The position numbers and the translations under genes were made by a program. Under the pieces are notes generated by a model. The model saw only the letters and a list, made by a program, of their open reading frames with translations, was not told the origin of the DNA and did no database searches. 64,000 bases of DNA. Source: Camelus ferus. Its lineage: Eukaryota. This document shows positions 48,365 to 61,200 of the stretch, in pieces (the first letter of the stretch is position 1; every line of letters starts with the position of its first letter). Where the stretch lies: assembly GCF_009834535.1 (NCBI RefSeq), contig NC_045696.1, positions 119,414,001 through 119,478,000 on the forward strand, read 5' to 3'.

Positions 48365-50933
48365 GTTTTTCTTCTTTTTTTTTTTTTTTAACTTTTTTTA
48401 TTGAGTTATAGTCATTTTACAATGTTGTGTCAAATTCCACTGTAGGGCACAATTTTTCAGTTATACATGAACATACATATACTACTTGTCACATTTTTTT
48501 TCACTGTGAGCTACCACAAGATCTTGTATATATTTCCCTGTGCTATACAGTATAATATTGTTTATCTATTCTACATTTTGAAATCCCAGTCTGTCGCTTC
48601 CCACCCCCTGCCCCCTTGGCAACCACAAGTTTGTATTCTATCTCTATGAGTCTGTTTCTGGTTTGTTTTTTTTTTAAGATTCCACATATGAGCAATCTCA
48701 TATGGTATTTTTCTTTCTCTTTCTGGCTTACTTCACTTAGAATGACATCCTCCAGGAACATCCATGTTGCTGCAAATGGCATTATATTGTCATTTTTATG
48801 GCTGAATAGTATTCTGTTGTATAAACAGACCACATCTTTATCCAGTCATCTGTTGATGGACATTTAGGCTGTTTCCATGTCTTGGCTATTGTAAATAGTG
48901 CTGCTATGAACATTGGGGTGCAAGTGTCATTTTGAAGTAGGGTCCCTTCTGGATATATGCCCAGGAGCAGGATTCCTGGGTCATATGGTAAGTCTATTCC
49001 TAGTCTTCTGAGGAATCTCCATACTGTTTTCCACAGTGGCTGCACCAAACTGCATTCCCACCAGCAGTGTAGGAGGGTTCCCTTTTCTTCACAGCCTCTC
49101 CAGCATTTGTCATTTGCAGGCTTTTGAAAGATGGCCATTCTGACTGGTGTGAGGTGATACCTCACTGTAGTTTTGATTTGCGTTTCTCTGATAATTAGTG
49201 ATATTGAGGATTTTTTCATGTGCCTATTGATCATTTGTATTTCTTCCTCGGAGAATTGCTTGTTTAGGTCTTTTGCCCATTTTTGGATGGGTTGTTTTTT
49301 TCTTATTAAGTCGTATGAGCTGCTTATATATTCTGGAGATCAACCTTTGTCGATTTCATTTGCAAAAATTTTCTCCATTCTGTAGGTTGTCATTTTGTTT
49401 TACTTATGGTTTCCTTTGCTGTGCAGAAGCTTGTAAGTTTAATTAGGCCGCATTTGTTTATTCTTACTTTTATTTCTATTGCTTGGGTAGACTGTTCTAG
49501 GAGAGCATTTTTGAGATGTATGTCACATAATGTTTTGCCTGTATTTTCTTCTAGGAGGTTTATTGTATCTTGTCTTATGTTTAAGTGTTTGATCCATTTT
49601 GAGTTGACTTTTGTGTGTGGTGTGAGGGAGTGTTCTAGCTTCATTGCTTTACATGCTGCTGTCCAGTTTTCCCAACACCATTTGCTGAAGAGACTGTCTT
49701 TATTCCATTGTGTATTCTTGCCTCCTTTGTCGAAGATTAGTTGACCAAAAGTTTGTGAGTTCATTTCTGGGCTCTCTATTCTGTTCTATTTGTCCATATG
49801 TCTGTTTTTGTACCAATACCATGCTGTCTTGATCACTGTAGCTCTGTAGTATTGTCTGAAGTCTGGGAGAGTTATTCCTCCAGCCTCTTTCTTTTTCTTC
49901 AGTAATGTTTTGGCAATTCTAGGTCTTTGACGGTTCCATATAAACTTTATTATGCTTTGTTCTAGTTCTGTGAAATATGTCCTGGGTAATTTGATAGGGA
50001 TTGCATTAAATCTGTAGATTGCCTTGGGCAGTGTGACCATTTTAACAATATTGATTCTTCCAATCCAGAAGCATGGGATATCTTTCCATTTTTTAAAGTC
50101 TTCTTTAATTTCCTTAATAGTTTTATAGTTTTCCGTGTATAAGTCTTTCACCTCCTTGGTTAGATTTATTCCTAGGTATTTTATTACTTTGGGTGCTATT
50201 TTAAAGGGGATTGTTTCTTTACTTTCTTTTCCTGTTGATTCATCATTAGTGTAAAGACATGCAACTGATTTTTGAACGTTAATCTTGTAACCTGCTACCT
50301 TGCTGAATTCTTCGATTATTTCTAGTAGTTTTTGTGTGGACCTTTTAGGGTTTTCTATATATAGTATCATGTCATCTGCATATGGTGACACTTTTACCTC
50401 TTCTTTTCCAATTTGGATCCCTTTTATTTCTCTCTCTTGCCTGATTGCTGTGGCTAGGACTTCCAAGACTATGTTGAATAGGAGTGGTGGTAGTGGGCAG
50501 CCTTGTCTTCTCCCAGATTTTAGTGGGAAGCTTTTGAGTTTTTCACTGTTGAGTACTATGGTGGCTTTAGGTTTGTCATATATAGCTTTTATGATGTTGA
50601 GATATGTTCCTTCTATACCCACTTTGGTGAGAGTTTTTATCATAAATGGGTGTTGAATTTTATCAAATGCTTTTTCTGCATCTATTGAGGTAATCATGTG
50701 GTTTTTGTCCTTTCTCTTGTTGATATGATGTATTACATTGATTGATTTGCATATGTTGAACCACCCTTGTGTCCCTGGGATGAACCCCACTTGGTCATGA
50801 TGTATCATCTTTTTTATGTGCTGTTGGATTCTATTTGCTAATATTTTGGTGAGGATTTTGGCATCTATGTTCATTGGTGACATTGGGCTGTAATTCTCTT
50901 TTTTGGTGGTGTCTTTGCCTGGTTTTGGTATCA
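48365..50933 (-). mobile_element. 5'-truncated LINE-1, about 2.6 kb (RT domain through 3' UTR and poly(A))
   Basis: ORF2 homology throughout; poly-T at the left end; TSD ggctgagtg(c/t)ttt at 48352-48364 and 50934-50946. Confidence 0.97.
48680..50933 (-). pseudogene. Disrupted L1 ORF2 (reverse transcriptase and C-terminal cysteine-rich domains; endonuclease absent)
   Basis: ORF 49786-50883 contains [45 protein letters not shown] and KYLG; in-frame stops at about 49786 and 49390, then frameshifts; CWRGC...HCWWEC motif in ORF 48782-49234. Confidence 0.95.
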
Positions 50934-51727
50934 GGCTGAGTGTTTTCTGAAGGCTGTAAACTATGAAAAGATGGCAGTCAAATGAGGCTACAAGTCTTCC
51001 CTTCTTTGTGGTGGTTGATGAAAGACGTCCACCCCTTCCTCCTGAGTCTGCGGTCCCCCAAGTGCTTATTATTGAGTTAGGCCCTTCCCTTCCCAGCCCA
51101 AGGGGGGCCTACCTTGTAAAACCATTGGCAGAACCATATCATGAGTGCAGCTTTTCCCTGACGCCCTGGGAAATGCTCACCCAAGCTCTTCAGGGAGATA
51201 GCTGGGCAGGAAAACTGTTCTGCCTGTTGCTACAAGAGAGTGGTTACTAAGGAGACACCCCTCCCCGTGGGCCTGCAGGACCTCCCCCCTCTTCCTGGGC
51301 CCACCCCTCTGTCTCCATCCTCTTTCTGGAGAGGGAGAAAGAGAAATCAAGTGCTCACCAGCCTGAGACCCAAGGAGGCCCTGCAGGAGCTCCACAGCTC
51401 AAGTTCCTGGTGACCCCTCAGCAGACAGAGCCCAGCCCTCCCTGCGCCGCCTTCTCCACATCCTCCTCCAGCAACTTGTTGCCAGAAAATCCCAAGATGC
51501 AGGCTTCTGTTTGGTGTGTGGGATTGCCACAGATTCCCCGGGGAGCTTGCCAGGAGGGGAGTAATAGCTGCCACCTGTCCACAGGACTGAGAAGCAGAGA
51601 CAGTGGCTTTCAGAGGCAACTCCGTGATCTTGACTGTGACGTCCCTCTCTGCCTGGCCGGGACCGCAGGGCCTGAGGGAGACGTTTCAGCCTTGCTGGCA
51701 AATTCTATGGCTGCATTTGCCAGAGTC

Positions 51728-51802
51728 CTTTTTTTTTTTTAATTGAAGTAGAGTCGGTTTACAATGTCGTGTTAATTTCTAGTTTACAGCATAGTGATTC
51801 AG

Positions 51803-51853
<51 letters not shown>

Positions 51854-51888
51854 TTTCATGTTTTTTTCATTATTGGCTATTACAAGGT
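51728..51888 (-). mobile_element. Short L1 3' UTR end containing about 21 TA units
   Basis: tttaattgaagtagagtcggtttacaatg...gtgattcagtt(at)n. Confidence 0.88.
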
Positions 51889-52464
51889 ATTTCCTTTTAT
51901 TATTTCTCTTCCAGCCTTTCTTTCTCCCACCCTCCCTCCCTCCAGTCATTGTGACCTCCTTCATCTTTCCCGTGGGGTTTTATCTCAAAGTTGCTGTGGC
52001 CTGGCCTGATCCCATCCCTCGAAGCAGGACCCAGACCTGAATGGCTGCTGAGCTGGATGTGGAAGAAACAGCCCAGTGTTCCCAGTGTCCCCAGAACCGC
52101 CCCAAGTCTGCCTCGCTCTACCTGCTAGCCCTGGCTTCAAGGTGACCTTGCTTCAAACCATCAGTCTTAGCAGAGGCCCCCGTTGCCCTAGCTCCCTGAG
52201 GGAGACCTGCCATGTTGTCTCATAACAAAGCATGTTACAAACAGAAACCTCTTGAAATATTTGTTTTGAAAAGGAATCAATAGAAAACCACAGATTCCTT
52301 CCAAACCTCTATATTTTGTCTGAAAGGACCCTCCTGGATTACAAGGAATAGGATCTTTTCCTAAATGACTTGATTTCCAGTCACAGAAATATTTTTTTTT
52401 TTTTGTCAGAAATTCAGTGTTGGCTTTAACAAGGCATTGAAAACTTACATTAACAGTGGTGGCT

Positions 52465-53139
52465 CTCTGTTGGTGGGAATGTAATTTGGTGCAGTCATCA
52501 TTGAAAATAGTATGGGGATTCCTTTAAAAATTAAAAATAGAGTTACCATATGATCCAGCAATCCCACTCCTGGGCATATATCTGGATGAATCTCCAATGT
52601 GAAAAGATATATGCACCCCAGTGTTCACAGCAGCATATTTACAATAGACAAGATGTGGAAGCAACCTAATTGCCCCTTGACAGACTGGATAAAGAAGTTG
52701 TGGTATATATACACCACATGGAATATTACTCAGCCATAAAAAATGAAATAATGGCATTTGCAGCAACATGGATGGACCTAGAGATTATCAAAACTAAGTG
52801 AAGTAAGTCAGATAGAGAAAGACAGATATCATATATTACTTTTATGTGGACTCTTAAAAAAGACACAAATGAACTTATTTATAAAACAGAAACAGAATCA
52901 CAGACATAGAAAACAAATTTATGGTTACCAGTGGGGAGAAAGGGTGGGAGGGGACAAATTGGAAGTTTGAGATTTGCAGATACTAACTACTATATATAAA
53001 ATAGATAAACAACAAGGACCTACTGTATAGCACAAGGAACTTGTAATAACCTATATGAAAAAGAATATTAAAACGAATATGTGTATGTATTTATGACTAT
53101 GTGTATATATGTACTGTATATTTCAATTTAAAAAAAAGA
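52465..53139 (+). mobile_element. 5'-truncated L1 (ORF2 C-terminus plus 3' UTR)
   Basis: ccatatgatccagcaatcccactcctgggcatatatc...gcagcaacatggatggacctagag...ttcaatttaaaaaaaa. Confidence 0.93.
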
Positions 53140-54149
53140 GAAAATTACAACCTAAAACAAAATAGTAACACAACATCCATACTTCATTACCAAACATTTA
53201 AACTTGTCAAAAGTACCAAAAACAAAAAACAAAGCAAAAAATCTCCACCTAGCAATAAAGTTAAGTTTCCCAGTTTAGAAGTTTGATGGCAAAGGGACCA
53301 AAGAAATGAGTTTTCTCATTAGAAAGGTTTGGAAACCAAAGTTTACTATCAGATTTTCTTTAAAGTTCCACAAAGCTTTTACAAGTTGATTAGATGGTTG
53401 GCTTAATCACGGATTCATGTTTCCAGTAGACGCAGTGGAGTATTCCAAGGGAGGAAATAATTGTGTAAGCGCAAACTCAGTAGCAAAAATTGTCCCTGAA
53501 AAAAATACCATATCAGTATCATCTGAGCTTTCTCTTTGAATTATCAATATGAACAAACATAACTTGCATTTCTATAGCCTGTTTCTTTCTATTGCTCCCT
53601 CTGTGTTCGCTCAACAACCCTAAGAATTAGGGCACATTTTATTATCATCATTTCACAGATGGAAAATCCATGAAATAAAGAGAGGTAGGATTTGGCCGAC
53701 ATCTCACGGCTCTTGTGAGAATCAGAAGGCAGGTCCCCTGACTCTCAGCGTCTGACTTTTTCTCCACCAGACCTCCCATGTTGATATGTGCTCAATGTGG
53801 ATGACAGCCCAGTAGGAACCAAATCGAACTGTTTTTGAGCCCAGTCTGGGTAAGGTCCCAGGCTTGGGATAAAAATTCTCAGTCTTTTGGGATAAAGAGT
53901 AAACTAAGGCACAGTCCTACGATCCAAGAACAGCCCCTCAAGGGGGGAAATAATTTACATCAGTGAACAATTTAAAAAATCAACAAAATATTAAAGTGGC
54001 AATTCCTCTTAATAACAGGAGAGACAAAGTAAGACAGGGAGGGACTAGATGACAGATAAGCAGCATATCCGAGGAGTGTGATGGCCACTCGGAGGAAGGA
54101 AAGAATCCACAGGCAACATCAGAAAGATGAGCTGTAGGAGCTGCATTTC

Positions 54150-54760
54150 AGAAAGGGGTAAAATTATGTAATCCAGGCATCTTATCTGTTCAGCACCCCT
54201 CCCCAGTTCTCCTGGAAACATAACCCCCTTTCTTTGGAGAATTGTTCCTTCCCTTATTCTAGCAATCTGAGATTGATTCTAGATGAGGCTGTCAGTGATG
54301 GCATCCTGCAGGTTGGCCACTGCAGTGGGCATGGGACCCCAATGCCAAGGAGAATTCTTAAAGAAAAATCCAGAACTAAGAGAAGACCCCAGCCTTGCTT
54401 GCATGAGATGTGAGGAGGAGATGCTGGTGGCTGTGGGTCCTGCTCTGCGAAGACTGGGCTGAGAAAAGGCAGTTGAGATCAGAGGTGGGTTAGAGGGTAC
54501 AGGTGACAAGGAACATGGTTCTGATTGTCTCCAAAGCTCAGCAGACCCCTGCCTTCCCTGCAAGTTAGAGTCGCATTGAGTCAATCATTTCCTCCTCAAC
54601 CCAACAGTGGTCACATGGGGATAATATCATTTGCAAGCATGGCCTTGACTCTGGAAACAGGCAGAGAGGACGGGAAGCAGCCTTCTCTTAGGCTGAAGCT
54701 ACACTGGGATTGGGGAGACACAAGGCTTCTCTGGGGCCAGTGAAGAAACCAGTGTTTCTA
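54150..54760 (+). mobile_element. Degenerate MaLR LTR (MLT1K/L-like)
   Basis: gggcatgggacccaa...gaggagatgctggtggctg...; highly diverged. Confidence 0.4.
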
Positions 54761-55369
54761 GAACCGAGGATCAGATAAAAGAACACCAAGATAAAAGGAC
54801 ACCAAGCTCTGAGCAGTCTGATTTGAGACTACAGCAGAATATATCCATGGAGACCCTGCGCTGGCCACCAGGATGTGGAGGTGGGTCTCCAGAGAGTAAC
54901 TGTGACTGATGCAACTATATACATTCCATCTAATGTACACTCAGAGTCGAAGAGACTCCAATGAGAAGGGGCTTTTGCACAGTTCAAAGCGGTTCATGAA
55001 TTTGAGAGACTACCATTAATTTAGGCGCCATCTACATGGAGGTAACAGTTGAAGTTATGGATGCAGAAAATCCTCAAGGGAAAGAAGAGAAGGGAGTCTT
55101 GGATAAACGCTCCCGAGACGTCAAAGATAATATGAGTATCAAGGAATTAAGACAAAGCAGGGTCACAAAAGCCAGGTAAGCGAAGAGTTTGAAGAGAGAG
55201 AGGCTGAGCAGCAGTGAAAAGAACAGGGAAGCCAGTGCAAGGGTTGATGAGAAAGTCTATGGGGTTTGAATTTGAGGAGAAGGAAGTAACTGGGGAATGA
55301 ACTTGGATATGGCAAGATGCCAGCTGAGGAATGGAGAGAAGTTGGAGGTGATTTGAGTGCTACTGATGG

Positions 55370-55797
55370 CCACCCGTATCCCTCGAACTTTCCAGTGGCC
55401 TCCTGTGACTTTCCAGTGTGGAATCTGTGTATCTGATGCTGAGGAATTGTTTCCACTCTGTCCATGAGAAGAGTCAGAAGTAGCAAGGAATTAACAGCTG
55501 CCGGGAGTAGCCCTTTGACTTAGGAGTTGACGTATAAATACCCCGGTTCTCTTGCCTTGCCCTTGGGGTGGTGCATTCAGAATAGATTTCACAACATTTC
55601 TCAGAGTTTCCTCCCAAGATTATGCTCGAGGAGCGCACTGTGGCAGCTGTTCACAGGACACTTCTTTGATTGGCTGCATCCTTTTCCTTGTCTTCTCTTG
55701 TTTCCTAGCAGGTGTTCCCTGCACTTTCTAAATATACTGCGCGACCTTGAATCTTTGTCTCAGTGCCTGCTTCTGAGACAAACCAAGCTAAGACAAG
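55370..55797 (+). mobile_element. ERVL LTR (LTR16A-like)
   Basis: ggaattaacagc...gtataaatacccc...cttgaatctttgtctcagtgcctgcttctg...ctaagaca. Confidence 0.7.
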
Positions 55798-58383
55798 TGA
55801 TGGGGTAAGTTACAACCCCAAACTAAGACACCTGTGGGAGTGAAAAGGGGAAGGGACATTGTTAGTAGATATACTCAGATAACCAGCACAAAGCAAGACT
55901 GCACACCTGGAGGTATGGCCCCCTTGTTATACGCCTCTCCTTTGAGAAGATGGACTGGGACCAGAGGAGAGAATGCAAAATTCAAATGCCAATTCCTAAT
56001 ACTAACAGAGAGTGAAGATGTGCAGAGAGTAAGGCTGCCTCTTATTTATCGAGCATCTGTGCCCTATGTCCCCGTTCCTGGAGGGCCGTGGAAAGGAACA
56101 TGTCAGCTCAAGAGTGAGACGATATCTCAGGAGGAGGAAGGACCACAGAAGTAGGTCAGTATCCAGCCCCCAGGAAAGTGAGGCTCACACAGTTCTGTGA
56201 TTTTAGTCTCCAAGGCTGCAAGCAATTCCGTCAACCGTAGTCAATAAGACATTCATTTTCTGGCCTCACTGGGACCCCCCTCCCTTCTTGCTTCCTCTCT
56301 GCTTCCATCAGTAAGGTCAGTGCGTTCCTCTCTGTAGCTGCACAAACAGACAAACCTCCTCTGACAGCACATTCATCCTCCGTCGGTCGGTCCCCCAGCC
56401 CCACGGATATCATCTGGAAACCTGGATCCTTTCATACTCAAGGCCTTTCCGCTTCAGATGTTTCCACGTCTATGTTTGTATCATCTCTCCTCTAAAAAGA
56501 GATTTTTTTTTTCTCTTTGCAAGAGAGTCTGTCAAGAAAGCCCATCCATGTCGTCTCATGGTTGCCGAGTTGCTGCTGCCAAGGGGAAGGGTGTTGTGGA
56601 TGTGCTGAGAAAGGACAAGACTATACGCTTTTTTCCCCTACCTGTGCACATATCAGTCCCCGTCCCTGATTTAAGACGGGGCTTCTGTGTGACGTCTCTG
56701 GGGTGGATGAAGTGCCTCCGATTGGGGACGGACTTCTGCTCTCCAGCACCAGGTGTTGGGCTGGCTGTTTCTGTGGCTCTCGGGATGCCTCAGTCCCGGG
56801 AAAGGCATCTCATCCCGCTGACGACCTGCTCTTGACCACCTGGTTTCAGCTGCCCCACTTGAGTATGGGGCTGATAAACAAACAGATCAACACGTGCCAA
56901 GCATCCTCTATGTACCCGTTTAATCCTCACAATTTAATGGCCTCGATCCTGTTGGTAGCCCTGTGTGACAAGTGAGAACTGAGATTCCGAGAGGCGGAGG
57001 AGCGTGCCTCAGTTCTCAGAGTCGCGTTTGCAGCTGGAGCAGCAGAAAATGAAGAGCCGGCGGACACCCCATCAGACGCAGAGGTCAGGCTGGAAGGTCG
57101 GCAGGGCTGCTTCATGAAGGAAGTACTCTGTGGGTCTGCAGCACAGAGTTCTCATTCACTGAATGAATTAGAATTTGGTTCTGCGGATCCCCCGTGGATG
57201 GCCCAGGGGAGAGTTGACCAGACACCAGCTTGTGCTCCTTGGCCTCCAACACCCAGCTTCCTCCCCAGCTCTCAGCTTTGCAGTGGGTTTTATTTCCTGT
57301 TAAAAGCCTTTTTGCACCACAGGCCAAAGACATTACCTCCCCAGGAAAGGCCTAAAGACCCTTCCACCCCCCACTCTCCCTAGATTCCAGTCCCCTGCGC
57401 CCTTCTCTGCCTGGCCCTGCACAAGATCATACTAGTCCTCCATCATGGTGTACAGTAGGCAAGTGGTCGTGGGTTTGTCTCAGCTGGACCAAAATGGATG
57501 AGCAAGCCCCCCTTTATTCAGAGGGTCACTGGCTGAGCCAAGCAACTCTAGGCTCCCAAACACATTCGGGATGTCCTGCCTCACGTCTCTGCTCAGCTGT
57601 TCTCCCCAGCATGAATGACCCATCTCTGACTGTCCGAAGTCCACCCACTGGCTAAGGCACAGAGCCATGTCGCCAGTGCCCCGTGCCTTCTCTGAGCCCC
57701 CCGCTGGAAGTCTGCTGAACCCCCTCTGAACCTCGGCGGGCTTTCTGTCTGTACCCCTCTAATGTCACACGTGGGCTGCATTCTTCTTTTAGTTGGGTGA
57801 GATACGTATATTTATGGTCACATTTCCTTTTCTGGTCTGTACGTTCATCAACTACACATCTTGGAATGCGGTTAGCAGAGGGCCTGGCGTGTCAGGTGCG
57901 TTTGAACGGAAAAGGAGTGTATACTTCCACAGACAGGGTAAAATGCTATCTCTGCTCATAAAAGTAACATATTTGCCAAATAGATGATGTCCTTGATGCA
58001 GCAATAAAGTAATATTTGTATTCCAACTCCTTTCCTTCTGTGGACACGGGGTCCAGGGTAAGGCTGAGAATCCAAGCAGGTCAGCTCCCCAATTCAAAGT
58101 GTAGATTCTACCCTTTGAGTGTGTCAGTGGTGGGAGGGGGCTTGAGAGAGCAGGTTTTGGAGCCAGAGTGCCCGCAGCTTCTCCCCCACTTCCGTTTCCT
58201 TTCCTGACTAGACATCGGCAGCACTTTGAGACGCCAGCTCCAAGGGGTTCATGCTTCCTCGACAGTGTTCCTCTTTGCAAAAATCTGATACTGAGCTGAT
58301 TACATAAGACTGACGGCAGGTTCTTCACCCCTTACTCTTTAGGAGCCATGTACCTTCAGAGCAGATGTGGGGGTAGCGTCTAA

Positions 58384-58556
58384 CGACAGCAGGAGGAGGA
58401 GGACCAGCAGTAGTAGCAGTATCGGTGGTAGCAGTGGTAGGAGCAGTGGCAGTAATAATGCCAGTAGGAGTAGGGGTAGTAGCGGCAGCAGCAGCAGCAC
58501 AAGCAGTCGTAGCAGCGGCGGCAGCATCAGTAGCGGTCCCAGCAGGAGGAGGAGTG
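58384..58556. repeat. Degenerate trinucleotide array (AGC/AGT/GGC/AGG mosaic)
   Basis: Period-3 G register over about 170 bp: agcaggaggaggaggaccagcagtagtagcagtatcggtggtagc... Confidence 0.9.
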
Positions 58557-58888
58557 CAGGGCACTTTGACCACCCGCGGCAGAGCTCTGGCTGCAGGGCG
58601 CAGGAAAGGAGACGCAGGACCCGTGATAGATGCGCTGTGCCCTCCCCACATCCTCTTTATCTTGGGCGCGCTGACCCACCAGCCACTGTGAATGTTGGTG
58701 ACAAACAGCACAGCTGCCCCTTCCTCGTCTGCCAACAGGAGCCTCCTCCCCTGGGGCGTCCCCTCCACCCCAGCAGCCAGCAGCCACTGATGGCCCAACC
58801 TGGGGGTCAGAAAGGCCGCCCAGCTTGCCCGTGGCGGGACTAGCCCGGAGCGCAGTCCACACGGCAGCCCAGGCTGAGCCCAGCTCCG

Positions 58889-58922
58889 CTGAGGCACCGT
58901 CTCCCCTGAGGCACCGTCTCCC
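58889..58922. repeat. 2 x 17-bp tandem repeat
   Basis: ctgaggcaccgtctccc repeated exactly. Confidence 0.9.
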
Positions 58923-59919
58923 CTCGGCTCTTTCCCTGCCCTCCAAGGCTTCCCTCTCTCCCCTGTGGCTTTCTCCTGACAGCGGCCATGCCATAAGTGC
59001 CCCCCTGGGCTCTGTGTCAAGGAAACCCAACCACAGACAAAGGCCACTGGGAGGCCCCCAGAACAGAGGGGGGGGGGTCTCTGGAGAAAGAACTGGGGGC
59101 TGATTTCTTCAGCCTGCCTCCCTCAGGATGAATCCACTCCTGCCATTTGCAAGAGTTTTCCCCCTGTCTGTTGAAGATTCAGATTTCCCCAAAAAGGGTC
59201 TAACTGGTTTATCCCGGGTCACATGCCCTCCTTAGCACAGGGGAGGATCAGGCGGGCTCCCCAACTGTTCAATTTCCTCATGGCCACAAATACCAACTCA
59301 TTCAATTCTCAGAATAGGGAGCAAGGTAAACGCCCTATCTGTCATACAAACAAAGAAACTGAGGCACAATTCAGGAAAGACCAAGGAGCTGCCAAGCCCC
59401 CCAAAGATCCCCCCTTGCAGAGGTGACTCCCCAGCATGGTGGTTAGTAAGCCCGCAGTGGCTCTCCCATTCCCCTTGGCACTTCCTGGTTTAGGAGGGTG
59501 TGTGTCTGTGTCCTGGCCAACAAGACATGAGGGGAACTTGCCTGTGGCTTCCGAGAGCTGTCTCTTTGTTCCTAAGAAGCAGACCCAAGAAGACCCCATC
59601 CCCAACTCCTCTGCTGGACATGGCTAAGTCTGACCCAATAAACAGAATCTTGGTCAGACATCTTATCACCCCTGTGGTTCACGCCCGCACTGGGAGATGG
59701 ACAGGACCGAGGGCGTCACCGAGAAATGGGGCCAGCCTGGAGCCCACTCACCCTCTGGTGTCTTTATTATATGACAAAGTAAAGCTTCTCTGTTGTTTAA
59801 GCCCAAGCTGGGAGCTTCTGTTAGTTTTAGCCCAAAGCATCCTAACTGAATCACTCAATACTCTGGGCTGGAGAAGATGCCAAAGGAACGAGGACGTCTT
59901 CAAAGGTCCCAGACCCCTC

Positions 59920-60100
59920 ATGATTTTGAGTACCACCACCGACTAGCTGTGTCATCTGGGACAAGTTACCTCGCATGGCCGAAGCAGTTTCCTCACATGT
60001 AAAATACAGCTTGTACCTGCATCTGCTCCACAGGGTGGTTTCAGGGATTAAACAGGATCAAGCATTGAGAACAGACAAACACCACCTGGCACGTAGTCAG
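59920..60100 (+). mobile_element. MIR SINE
   Basis: actagctgtgtcatctgggacaagttac...cagtttcctcacatgtaaaat...cctggcacgtagt. Confidence 0.7.
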
Positions 60101-61059
60101 AGCTGGCTGACTAATAGCTGGCTGGTAGATACACTCTTGAAAGAAAAGTTGAAATTGAACCAAAAAAATGGATCTCTATTGCTTTTATACCTCTGGTGAA
60201 TACTGAACAATTTTTTCAGTGCTCCCCCAACCCCATCATTTCTGATATTTATCCACATGTGTACCTAACTCAGCCATTGCATCTCTCAATTCCAAGTCTG
60301 TCCATGTTTCTACTGTGGGCTTCTGAAAGGCAAAGAAGCATCCTGTTCCATTTGTTTGAGTAGCATGATTCCAGGAACATGCAGACACTTAATATATTCT
60401 TAGCTCAGTGGTTTCTAACCACAGGTCAAAAACCAAATTGGACTGCTGTGGTTCTTAAATGCTTCTGGGGTCATGAACCCTTTTTGAGAGCCGAATGAAT
60501 GCTGTGTGTGGACCGACTCCCAGATAAATGCACATCCAAACTAAACGTCTCTACGCTGCCTCCATCCCCTCCCAGGCGTGAGGCTCCCGGAGTAAAGTCT
60601 CTGAAGTGGACCAAACAAAAACAAAACAGTTCACAAACACCGCCATGCGCCAGGGGCTTCAAAACAACATCTCATTGAGTGTACAGAAGGCCCAGGTGGA
60701 GGGACCACTCTCGCCTCCCGGGTGGGCCCAGAGATGCTGGGTGTCCGGCACGTGTGAGGTCAGACAGCTGAGTGGTCTCGCTCTGCCGGCTGGTAAGCTG
60801 TCCTGGCCCCCCTTTGGGCCCCACCCCTACCCCAGAGATCACCAGCCGGATTCACAGGCAGGAACAGGCATTTGCATGCCAGTTCTGCTGGTGAGGAACC
60901 CGGGGCATTCTGAGAAGACTGGTGGGAAGTGAAGGTAATAGAATAAGGCCATCCCAGGGCATCTGAGCCTGAGGAGGCCTTCCTTTGTTTTCTCATACGT
61001 CTGAGCACTGTGGCGTGCCAGGCACTGCGCCAGGGTCTGCCACCTACCATGTTATAAAA

Positions 61060-61200
61060 GAGCCCATGGTAGGATGGCCTGGATTTGGACTCTAGCTCCA
61101 TCCGTTGATGGCTGTGTAACCTTGAACGGGCCCACTGATGCCCTGAGCCTCAGTTTCCTTATCTGTAAAGTGGGCTCTTCACAGGGGGGTTGCCCTGCAG
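61060..61200 (+). mobile_element. MIR SINE
   Basis: ggctgtgtaaccttg...ctgagcctcagtttccttatctgtaaagtggg. Confidence 0.7.

Noticed and set aside
49786..50883. Reverse transcriptase ORF as a novel RT-based system or domesticated gene
   Set aside because: It is ordinary LINE-1 ORF2 inside a TSD-flanked, poly(A)-tailed, truncated insertion with downstream nonsense and frameshift lesions
58325..59047. 240-aa ORF with an Ala/Thr-rich mucin-like tract, and a 158-aa Ser/Gly-rich ORF on the other strand
   Set aside because: Products of a decayed trinucleotide repeat that is open in most frames; no splice or homology support
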